Source: Desulfurococcales archaeon (lineage in GTDB: Archaea; Thermoproteota; Thermoprotei_A; Sulfolobales; AG1). From it: DNA of 44,042 bases. Numbering within the stretch: the stretch's first letter is position 1; each line of letters begins with the position of its first letter. The stretch spans positions 1-44,042 of the forward strand of contig JALXCO010000222.1 in NCBI GenBank assembly GCA_026990885.1. Direction: 5' to 3'. The notes under the pieces are model-generated. The model made no database searches. It was not told the origin of the DNA and saw nothing but the letters and a program-made list of their open reading frames with translations. The translations under genes were made by a program, and so were the position numbers. Positions 36,314 to 44,042 of this stretch are shown piece by piece.

Positions 36314-39300
36314 TTATCCGCCGCCTCTGCGCATAACCAGTAGCGCTATAGCTACTAGAAGCAACACTAAGTTGGCTATAGACACCATCATAGCTGTACT
36401 TGCTGTTGAGCCTGCCTCCTCAGCCTTAGTGAGCACCTCAGTAATCATATCGGATAGCTGCTGGACATCGCTTTTATCTGCTTTACCCTCTACAGCTACA
36501 GATAGCCTATCTATAGATGAGGCTAGCTCGCTCCTCACCTCCTCAACTCTCGATGATACAGCGTCTATTCTGTTGGATAGCTCCTCGGTTACGCCAGTAA
36601 CCTCTCTAAGGCCCTCGGTCACGTCTCTTAGACCTGCCGTAAATGTGTCGCTCAGATCGCTTATAGACCTACTTACGCCAGCAGCCAACTCCTGGATCGA
36701 TGTAGTAACCCTCTCACCAAGAGCCTCTCTGAGAGCCTCAAGCCTCGACTCGAACTGCTGCTGTAGGCTCTCCCTCAGGTTTTCTATGCTGCTCTCAATA
36801 TCGCTTATCCTCTCCTCGATACCCGATATCCTCTCCTCAACATTGCTTATCCTCTCCTCAACACCTGAGATCTCCTCCTGGATAATCTTTCTCGTAGCCG
36901 CTGCAGTCTGTAATATAACTACACGCTCATCGGGGAGAGCTATCTGGCCGCTGAACGCCGTCACTATAAGCTCGTAGGCCGAGAACTCGGCTAGCTTCGA
37001 AGTGATCTCTGCAGACAGCTCTATGGTGAACACTCCAGGAGCCGTCTGCGTCGCCCAGTCAGATGTTATAACCTCGCCTGTTGCTGGATCCCTTATTATG
37101 AACCTAACCGACAGAGGCTCTGGACCGCTAACCTGTACTGTGATCTTTGCAGGCTCGCCTGGAGCAATCAGTGGCGAGACAACCCTCAGCACTGAAACAG
37201 TCTCGGGTATCCCGAAGAAGTTTTCGGCTATAGTCATTGGATATGTTGGATCCCTAAACGCCTCTAAAGTCAGTACTTGTGCGTCTTTATCGAAGGATGT
37301 CAGCATGAATGGTCCCTGGCTTATCCAGGCCAGGCCATATCTATCTATCCAGGATATCGCGGCATCAATCCTTCTATTCCACTCCTCCATAGACATCAAT
37401 GTCGTTCCATCAGGCAACGTAAAGAATGCTTTATATCTATCGTACTGAGCTCTAAGATCGTTTAGAGTTATTCTTACATCCTCAACATGTTCCCTAATTA
37501 CTAGGCTAAGCTGAGGAATATTTTCAGATCTTGCCCTAGTTTCATCTAGAGCATATAGCTTCTCGACAAAGGCTAAGGTATCCATTGCTGCAATTAGCTC
37601 AAATGGATTCGGTATCCCGAATGCAGCGAAATCGGCTATATATCCCGGATCAAAGTGCCAGTAGTTTAGATAGACCTCTAGTTTATTCTCGTCAGGCAAC
37701 GGTCTAAACGCTACTAATATATCATATATTGATCTGCTTGGACCAGCTATAGCTGCTTCAAGCTGGCTCTTTACAGGATCATATGTTATATCAAGTAACT
37801 CAGCTATATAACCGAGTAAGTCAGCGAAAGTTATTTCTTGTCCATGATGCCATTTTGTCCCGATAAATCTTGAGTAGTCAAAGACTACTTTGCTAGTAGC
37901 TTCAGTTCTGCCAATCTCTGAAGCAGGTATCCATCTGTCATTTTCAGCGTCCCACCATATAGCATCTGAAGGAACCTGAAGCTTTCCTTCAGGCCCAGCT
38001 GTTTCAACCTCAAACGAAACTCTATAATCTAATACTTCTCCTGTGAACGGGTGTCTCCATATCGCTGGATCGTTAGTAGCTCTCATAGGATCTACACTAT
38101 ATACGTCATCGAATCCTCCTAATGGATTCCATACTGTTCTAGCTGTCCATATCCAAAGATGACCTATCCTTAGTGTGTCTTTTCCTGGTATATTAAGTGT
38201 TCTGAAGTTAAACAGCGATCTTAAACCAGCACCAAGATCAACTGTTACCCCCTGAAGATCTTCTCTCACCGCGTAACCGCTCAGCACCGCTACAAGCCAA
38301 ATCCTTATAGATTCCTGGATAGCCAGATCTGTTCCCTTTCTTAAATACTCGATCCACTGCTCTTTACTGTTTACCAAACCTAATGCAGCATTTCTGCTAT
38401 AAAAGTCTATGGTGCTATTCTTGTAGTTCCACCACTCAGGGACACCCCAACCTGGTGACCAGCCAAGCCATGCCGCACCAAAGAATGCTAGATTCCAGGG
38501 ATCCCATCTATCTATTGCTCCTTTACCCCATCCTTCAGTATAGAAGAACCACTCGAAGTCAAATGGGTCTGTAGCATATACCTTAGTTATTGCCTCACCG
38601 AACGTTAATTCTAATACCTGAACTTGAATACCTAAATTATTTAGCTCATTAGCGAATAATCTACCTATATCCAGTCTTTCGTCCTCCGTTCTTATAATGC
38701 CTTGAACCTGGATAGGCTTTCCATTATAGGTCCATACTCCATCTCTCATTTCAGCTCCTATTGCGCTAAAGACCTGCTCAAATGTCTGCTTGACGCGATC
38801 AGGATCATATACGAAATTATATTTAGCGATCACATCAGCAAGCTCAACATAAACAGGATCGTCAGGGCCATATAGCGCATACTTTGGAATAGCATATCCT
38901 GCATATATGTTCTTAACTATGAAATCTCTGTCGACAGCATAGTTTAGACTAAACCTTATTTCTCTGAAACAGAACGGGTTAATATCGACATTTTCAGCCT
39001 CTCTCACAACCTCAACGTCGTCCGGTAGCCCACCTAGAGGCTTTGCACAGAGCTCAACGTACGTCTTATCCTCCTGAGGCTCAAAATACGCTATAACCAG
39101 TGGGTGGACACCAAGCCTCTCTGCTAGAGCCTCCTTATCGTTAAACACTCCAGGAACATTAACCAGCAGAACTGGAGACGGGTTAAGGCCTATATCAACG
39201 AGTCCTGATGGCGCGAAATACACCTTTATACCCGGCTTGCCCGCTAGCTCCTGCAGAGCCTTGGGTCTTAGTGCGAAGAGGTATAGGTCGATCTCTCTTG

Positions 39301-39463
39301 TAGATAGCGCTTGGGCAGCAGCCTCTAGGGGAACACGCTTCCATATTATTTTCTCGGTGGCGGGTGCTTTCTGGGGTACCTGCGCTGTGGCTGGCGTTGC
39401 TATAAATATAGCTAGTGATACGAACAGTATTGCTAGAAATATATATGAAGCAGGCTTCTTCAT
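36314..39463 (-). CDS. Extracellular solute-binding protein (family 5, peptide/oligosaccharide type) with a C-terminal coiled-coil stalk and TM anchor
   Basis: It has a signal peptide (MKKPASYIFLAILFVSLAIFIATPATAQ) from the ATG at 39463. A body of about 800 aa carries the aromatic-rich, family-5-like pattern. Then come about 190 aa of heptad-like Glu/Ser/Arg-rich sequence and a terminal hydrophobic span ending RRGGG. Confidence 0.8.
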   Translation of the reverse strand: MKKPASYIFLAILFVSLAIFIATPATAQVPQKAPATEKIIWKRVPLEAAAQALSTREIDLYLFALRPKALQELAGKPGIKVYFAPSGLVDIGLNPSPVLLVNVPGVFNDKEALAERLGVHPLVIAYFEPQEDKTYVELCAKPLGGLPDDVEVVREAENVDINPFCFREIRFSLNYAVDRDFIVKNIYAGYAIPKYALYGPDDPVYVELADVIAKYNFVYDPDRVKQTFEQVFSAIGAEMRDGVWTYNGKPIQVQGIIRTEDERLDIGRLFANELNNLGIQVQVLELTFGEAITKVYATDPFDFEWFFYTEGWGKGAIDRWDPWNLAFFGAAWLGWSPGWGVPEWWNYKNSTIDFYSRNAALGLVNSKEQWIEYLRKGTDLAIQESIRIWLVAVLSGYAVREDLQGVTVDLGAGLRSLFNFRTLNIPGKDTLRIGHLWIWTARTVWNPLGGFDDVYSVDPMRATNDPAIWRHPFTGEVLDYRVSFEVETAGPEGKLQVPSDAIWWDAENDRWIPASEIGRTEATSKVVFDYSRFIGTKWHHGQEITFADLLGYIAELLDITYDPVKSQLEAAIAGPSRSIYDILVAFRPLPDENKLEVYLNYWHFDPGYIADFAAFGIPNPFELIAAMDTLAFVEKLYALDETRARSENIPQLSLVIREHVEDVRITLNDLRAQYDRYKAFFTLPDGTTLMSMEEWNRRIDAAISWIDRYGLAWISQGPFMLTSFDKDAQVLTLEAFRDPTYPMTIAENFFGIPETVSVLRVVSPLIAPGEPAKITVQVSGPEPLSVRFIIRDPATGEVITSDWATQTAPGVFTIELSAEITSKLAEFSAYELIVTAFSGQIALPDERVVILQTAAATRKIIQEEISGVEERISNVEERISGIEERISDIESSIENLRESLQQQFESRLEALREALGERVTTSIQELAAGVSRSISDLSDTFTAGLRDVTEGLREVTGVTEELSNRIDAVSSRVEEVRSELASSIDRLSVAVEGKADKSDVQQLSDMITEVLTKAEEAGSTASTAMMVSIANLVLLLVAIALLVMRRGGG
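36798..36884. repeat. Tandem 21-nt coding repeats (about 4 units) inside the binding-protein stalk
   Basis: On the + strand the unit (a/c)t(t/c)gcttatcctctcctc(g/a)a(t/c) repeats in tandem. On the coding strand it encodes EERISNV / EERISGI / EERISDI heptads. Confidence 0.8.
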
Positions 39464-39585
39464 ACACAACACCATCAATACCATATTTAGGTTTGGGGGG
39501 TTAAAAATATGAGATTTTAAATTATATTATACAGCACCTTAAAATTAAGGTATTTAAAGCAATAATATAACCCGGTATATAGAGA

Positions 39586-40098
39586 TTGAACACGAAAACC
39601 ATAGCCATAGGAATAGCCCTACTGGTTCTAAGCCTCCTCTCGGCTATAACCTCGCAGGTAACTGAGACACTCACACTGGTTGAGGAGACCACGATAAGTA
39701 GGCCCATACGGGAAACTCTAGTTGAGCTATTCAACATAGATATATCCAGGACATACACGCGAGCGATCCTGAAGATAGAGAATAATGGCGAAACACCCGT
39801 TAAGATAGCTGTAGTTGGCAGAGACGTTCAGGAGAAAACTATCTGGCCCAACAACTCAGGATTATTCAATGTTGGCAGCATTATAGATCTATTGATAGTA
39901 GAGATACAGGACAAAGAGGAATCAACAACGCAGCTGAGCATCAAGGCCGTGATCGAGCTCACAGAGATTAAGAGACCCTACAGCTATCTAGCTATACCAA
40001 GCCTAATACTGTTTATAGCGGGCAATATAGTGATAGCCCTCGGAATAATAGGCGCATCGATAGAGAGATACAGGCAGAGGGAAGAAGCACAGGAATAG
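39586..40098 (+). CDS. Hypothetical bitopic membrane protein
   Basis: It has an N-terminal signal/TM, a beta-rich middle of about 100 aa, a C-terminal TM and a charged tail. The start is TTG. No recognisable motif. Confidence 0.45.
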   Translation: MNTKTIAIGIALLVLSLLSAITSQVTETLTLVEETTISRPIRETLVELFNIDISRTYTRAILKIENNGETPVKIAVVGRDVQEKTIWPNNSGLFNVGSIIDLLIVEIQDKEESTTQLSIKAVIELTEIKRPYSYLAIPSLILFIAGNIVIALGIIGASIERYRQREEAQE

Positions 40099-40101
40099 AA
40101 T

Positions 40102-40677
40102 CTAGCCACACAGCCTAGATAGACCCTCGACAACACCGGGATCAGAGCTCAACACGCTCCTCAACCTCTTATCCTGGGTATCGCTACCACCTATATTATA
40201 GATCAGATACGCCCTAGAGTAATTATATATCGCCACATCGTCCAGAGAACCCTCAAAGATGGCATCACAAAGAATAGCCGCACTGCGAGCCTCGGAACAC
40301 AGCTCCTCAGTCTTAGATGGGGACATGAGCATGAAATACCTGAACCTAGAGAACCTGCGCATACACTTATCGCTGGCTACAACGGATCTCGCATCATCAC
40401 ATGACTCGATAATCATGCTCAATGTTTCTCTAGCCGAGATATTCTGATCTATGGTCAGATACCTGCCCCCTACATGATCATAGATGTTGCTCACGCACGA
40501 TTCTGGTGGATATATAAAAATGATCCTTCTAAACTTCTGCGAAACCATAGACATCAGGGAGTAATCTATACAGAAAGACCTTCTAACGCCTCTAATACCT
40601 AGATCCATGATCCACGATGCCGAAGCGATCCTTGTATTCGAGAGGCATTTAACCAGATCCTCCGAAGACATACCCAA
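40102..40677 (-). CDS. Hypothetical soluble protein, Cys-rich
   Basis: A 191-aa ORF with no recognisable motif. It is convergent with the preceding gene, with a 3-nt gap. Confidence 0.45.
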   Translation of the reverse strand: MGMSSEDLVKCLSNTRIASASWIMDLGIRGVRRSFCIDYSLMSMVSQKFRRIIFIYPPESCVSNIYDHVGGRYLTIDQNISARETLSMIIESCDDARSVVASDKCMRRFSRFRYFMLMSPSKTEELCSEARSAAILCDAIFEGSLDDVAIYNYSRAYLIYNIGGSDTQDKRLRSVLSSDPGVVEGLSRLCG

Positions 40678-40833
40678 TCAAACCAACAATATAGGTAAGC
40701 CAACAGAGCAAATTAATATATCCCGCCCCAAAACCAAAGCCGCAGACAATAATACAGAGCAAACACACGCTCCAATCTAGCACCTCTAACCAGTTAAAGA
40801 GAATGCATATAAAAAATCCCCCAAAAATTATAC

Positions 40834-42408
40834 ATGGTGAAGGTTTTGGTGGCGAAAATAAAGAATCTAGCCCTAGGACTAGCTATAATGCTGATAATAG
40901 CCTCAGCACTACCTATGGTAACGCTAACACAGTCGCAGACTATGGAGCCTATGGGTGCTGATCAAGCAGTAATGATCCCGCCACTAAGCGGGAAGGTAAA
41001 GAACATAATACTCATTATCGGAGACGGAATGGGCATCGAGGAGATAACCCTAACGAGGCTCGTGTACGGATCACTCAACATGGCTAGACTCCCATACACA
41101 GGGTACGTGCTCACATACTCGCTGAGCGGGGAAGTGACGGATTCAGCCGCAGCGGCAACAGAGATAGCCACTGGCGTAATGACGTTCAACGGAATGATCG
41201 GGATGACATCGATGAACGGAAACAACTTCAAGATAACAACAATACTAGAGATAGCCGAAATGATGGGCAAATCCACAGGGCTTATAACCACAACAAGAAT
41301 AACCCACGCAACACCGGCATCGTTCGCGGCACACGTGCCTGATAGAGGCATGGAGACAGAGATAGCCCAGCAACTAATCATGAACGATGTAGACGTGCTC
41401 TTCGGTGGAGGCACATCGAGATTCAGCGAGGAGCTGCTAGCTATGGCTAGAGAGAAGGGATACCAGGTTATATTCACTAAGGAGGAGCTATATAGCGTTA
41501 GAGGCGGAAAGGTGCTGGGGCTATTCGCCAGGAGCCACCTACCCTATGTAATCGATAGAGACGAATCAATACCCAGCCTACCCGAAATGACCAGGGTGGC
41601 TCTAAGCATACTGGAGAAGAATCCAAACGGCTTCTTCCTGATGGTTGAGGCTGGAAGAATAGATCATGCTGGACACACAAACGATCCAACATCCGTTGCC
41701 GCAGAAACCAAAGAGCTTGATGATGTTGTCGGTGTCGCTCTAGAGTACGCTATGGAGAGGGGAGACACTCTAGTTGTGGTTACTGCGGACCACGAGACTG
41801 GAGGCTTATCGATAGGTGTCACATACGGGAGATCTATAAACTTCGAGCTGTTGAAGTCTGTTAGAAAGAGCCTTGAGAGTATGGCTAGAGAGATAAGCGA
41901 AGGAGCAGATGTTGCCGAGGTGGTAAGCAAGTACAGCGATATAGAGCTAACCCAGGAGGATGTTGAATGGTTCAACCAGAGGGTTCAGGAGCTGCTGCCA
42001 TCTAGATTCGCGGTAAGCAACGCTCTAGGAGAGCTGATATCGAGAAAGCTGGGTGTAGGGTTCACAACACACGCTCATACGGGCGTGATGATCCCGGTAA
42101 TGGCGTTCGGGCCAGGAGCAGAGATGTTCACGGGTATAATGCATCATGTAGATGTTGGAAAGAGGCTGGCTATAGCTATGATATTCGGTGGGGAGATCTC
42201 AACACAGACAATGGTGTTCGCGCCTAAAGATCTAAAGGGAGACCTAGACGGAGACTCAGAGGTAACTATACTGGACGCATACCTAACCCTAACACTATTC
42301 GTTGGCGAGTTCGTCGATACAAGACTGGAAACCCTGATTGATATGGATGGCAACGGAATAATAGACTACATGGATGTTGTACTGATCCTGAGCGAGGCGA
42401 CAAAATAA
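40834..42408 (+). CDS. Secreted alkaline phosphatase (PhoA family) with a C-terminal dockerin-like module
   Basis: It has a signal peptide. The PhoA motifs are IGDGMG, the DSAAAAT nucleophile region, EAGRIDHAGH and TADHETGG. The C-terminus carries two Ca-binding-like repeats, DLDGDSEVTILDA and DMDGNGIIDYMDV. Confidence 0.85.
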   Translation: MVKVLVAKIKNLALGLAIMLIIASALPMVTLTQSQTMEPMGADQAVMIPPLSGKVKNIILIIGDGMGIEEITLTRLVYGSLNMARLPYTGYVLTYSLSGEVTDSAAAATEIATGVMTFNGMIGMTSMNGNNFKITTILEIAEMMGKSTGLITTTRITHATPASFAAHVPDRGMETEIAQQLIMNDVDVLFGGGTSRFSEELLAMAREKGYQVIFTKEELYSVRGGKVLGLFARSHLPYVIDRDESIPSLPEMTRVALSILEKNPNGFFLMVEAGRIDHAGHTNDPTSVAAETKELDDVVGVALEYAMERGDTLVVVTADHETGGLSIGVTYGRSINFELLKSVRKSLESMAREISEGADVAEVVSKYSDIELTQEDVEWFNQRVQELLPSRFAVSNALGELISRKLGVGFTTHAHTGVMIPVMAFGPGAEMFTGIMHHVDVGKRLAIAMIFGGEISTQTMVFAPKDLKGDLDGDSEVTILDAYLTLTLFVGEFVDTRLETLIDMDGNGIIDYMDVVLILSEATK

Positions 42409-42467
42409 AGATCCTGATCCAAACCAGATACCCAAAAAACATTTTCATTTTTTAATAATTGTTGTAT

Positions 42468-43208
42468 TTATCCTATCTCGGAATCCTCCGCTTTACCGGC
42501 ACCGGTAGACTTCTTGGGGTAGGGGCAAAGATCCCTTAGAGGGCAATCAGCACACCTGGGATTTCTAGCCCTACAGTAGGTTCTACCCAAAGCGATAAGC
42601 AGCCTATGAGCACTATCGCTTGCATCGGCCCCAAAGAACCTTAAAAGAGCATCTGAAATCTCTCTATAGCCAGCCTTCCCACCAACAAGCCCCCATCTCT
42701 TAGCGATTCTAGCTGCATGGGTATCGACAGCGAAAACCGGAGCCCTCCTATATAGCGAGAGGAACACATCAACAGTTTTGAACCCCACACCCTTAATCTT
42801 CAGGAGGGTCTCGCGGAGCTTGAAGGGGTCCTCCCTAGAAAGAAAATCCTCGCCACCAGCATCGATCACAAATCTAGCCAGCCTCTTAAGGGTTTCAGCC
42901 CTACGGCTAGCTAGCCCGGCAGGCCTGATGGCCTCCTCAATAGCCCTGATGTCGGCACTAGCTATAGACTCCGGATCCAGACCAACACGCTCCTTAAGCC
43001 TACGGTACGCCCTAATAGAGTTTATGTCACTAGTATTCTGGCTCAAAACAAGAGCAACCAGGAGCGAAAACGGGCTCCTGGGCCTGTCCGCATACGCTAC
43101 AAGAGCCGTGTAGTCCTCCCACCTCACCTTAAGGCTCCTTGAGAGTATACTATATACCATCTTTCCATCGGCTCTATCCCTAATAGATCTAGCCATACCC
43201 GCAGCCAC
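42468..43208 (-). CDS. nth: Endonuclease III family DNA glycosylase (HhH-GPD with a 4Fe-4S cluster loop)
   Basis: It has the HhH-GPD pattern (LLKIKGVGFKTVDVFL ... VDTH) and the C-terminal cluster CRARNPRCADCPLRDLC. Confidence 0.85.
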   Translation of the reverse strand: MAAGMARSIRDRADGKMVYSILSRSLKVRWEDYTALVAYADRPRSPFSLLVALVLSQNTSDINSIRAYRRLKERVGLDPESIASADIRAIEEAIRPAGLASRRAETLKRLARFVIDAGGEDFLSREDPFKLRETLLKIKGVGFKTVDVFLSLYRRAPVFAVDTHAARIAKRWGLVGGKAGYREISDALLRFFGADASDSAHRLLIALGRTYCRARNPRCADCPLRDLCPYPKKSTGAGKAEDSEIG

Positions 43209-43228
43209 CTAAGCAGTACAACTAAAAC

Positions 43229-44042
43229 CTAGCTGGTTGAGCCATAGCCCCCTCCGCCTGGGGTTTCTATAACTACTAGATCTCCGGGATCCAGATCGAT
43301 GGTAAACTTGCTCGGCATACTGATCCTTGAACCATCACGCTTAACTATAGTAACAGATCCAGTAGCCCCGGAACCCCCTCCAGCAAGCCCTCTGGGGCCG
43401 ATCCTGAATCTATCGGCAAGGATAGAGAGCCTCAACCTGGATAGAGCCTTAAAAGATCTAACAATACCATCACCACCCCTGAACCTGCCGGAGCCACCGC
43501 TACCATACCTAATACGGTACTCGCTAAACAATATAGGGTAGCTCCTCTCAGCAACCTCGATTGGTGTGTTGAGTGTGTTGGTCATATTAACATGAACACC
43601 TGAAACGCCATCACTATCCGGTCTAGCTCCACTACCCCCGCCTATGGTTTCGTAGTAGGCCCAGTACGATCCCTGGGAGTCGATCCCGCCCATCATAACA
43701 TTCATCATGGTACCGCTACCCTGAGCAGGCACCCTGTGGGGTATGGCTTTAGCTAGCGCAAGCAATACAGCATCAGCAATCCTTTGGCTAGTCTCGAGAT
43801 TACCTCCAGAAACCGGGGCCGGCTTAACGGGATTAACTATAGAGCCCTGGGGAGCATGCACATCTATAGCGCTGTAGAAACCCTCGTTAGTTGGTATATC
43901 CCCGCCGATAACAGCTCTAACGCTAAACGAGCATGCGGAAAACGTCACCCCGAAGACCGCGTTTAGCGGGGCCTCAACCTGCGGGCTGCTGCCAGTGAAA
44001 TCTATATGGATTCCTGAACCCCTGATCTCTAGCCTAACCCTA
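43229..44042 (-). CDS. Hydantoinase B / oxoprolinase (HyuB) family protein, C-terminal part; the 5' end lies beyond the right edge
   Basis: The frame stays open upstream of the track's GTG (43948) to the window edge. My translation there is ...[32 protein letters not shown]..., containing the family's DFTGS.PQ motif. The C-terminus ends PGGGGYGS. Confidence 0.85.
   Translation of the reverse strand, partial: RVRLEIRGSGIHIDFTGSSPQVEAPLNAVFGVTFSACSFSVRAVIGGDIPTNEGFYSAIDVHAPQGSIVNPVKPAPVSGGNLETSQRIADAVLLALAKAIPHRVPAQGSGTMMNVMMGGIDSQGSYWAYYETIGGGSGARPDSDGVSGVHVNMTNTLNTPIEVAERSYPILFSEYRIRYGSGGSGRFRGGDGIVRSFKALSRLRLSILADRFRIGPRGLAGGGSGATGSVTIVKRDGSRISMPSKFTIDLDPGDLVVIETPGGGGYGSTS

Noticed and set aside
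36798-36884. Regularly spaced 21-nt repeats that might superficially suggest a CRISPR-like or satellite array.
   Set aside because: The units are contiguous with no spacers and are in frame. They encode heptads of the binding-protein stalk, so this is a coding tandem repeat.
36288-36977. A long + strand ORF (229 aa, Ser/Leu-rich). Other long antisense ORFs occur at 4789-5427, 40962-41477, 25792-26280, 20622-21062 and 21467-21868.
   Set aside because: Each lies entirely antisense to a gene with strong family motifs and has low-complexity or compositionally odd translations. The 36288 ORF is the mirror image of the coiled-coil repeat region. I treat them all as shadow ORFs.
39586-40098. The beta-rich membrane protein as a candidate cohesin partner for the dockerin-tagged phosphatase.
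   Set aside because: It is too short (about 100-aa ectodomain) and I recognise no cohesin-like pattern. Adjacency alone is insufficient.

Overview
The window reads as a chromosomal segment of a hyperthermophilic crenarchaeon, probably Desulfurococcales-like, but that taxon is inferred from gene content only. Supporting content: ribosomal protein L7Ae, CDP-archaeol synthase, deoxyhypusine synthase, TFS, a GAT-QueC fusion, an Aeropyrum-type acylaminoacyl peptidase, and a tRNA with bulge-helix-bulge introns. It is densely coding and mostly housekeeping.

I call 3 tRNAs: Asp with two introns, Gly-CCC and Ser-GCU. I call about 42 protein-coding genes plus one TGA-interrupted pseudogene candidate. 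They include an archaeosine/preQ0 pair (GAT-QueC plus QueE), an E1-like ThiF protein, Sua5, a lone 2-oxoacid:ferredoxin oxidoreductase beta subunit, and an HTH regulator translationally coupled to a B12-domain radical SAM enzyme. Two paralogous modules each join a cytoplasmic S9 peptidase to a DppB/DppC-type permease pair; only one has a binding protein and neither has ATPase genes. There is also a secreted PhoA-type alkaline phosphatase with a C-terminal dockerin-like module, endonuclease III, and a truncated hydantoinase-B/oxoprolinase gene at the right edge.

I found no rRNA, CRISPR array, transposase or integrase, and no clearly novel multi-gene system. The items most worth a second look:
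- the doubly interrupted tRNA-Asp
- the peptidase/permease modules lacking ATPases
- the binding protein with a coiled-coil stalk built from 21-nt repeats
- a GC-rich, helix-rich 144-nt intergenic element at 33299-33442
- the HTH/radical-SAM pair
- the dockerin-tagged phosphatase
- a small ORF interrupted by an in-frame TGA

All functional calls come from motif recognition by eye in the supplied translations. No database search was run.
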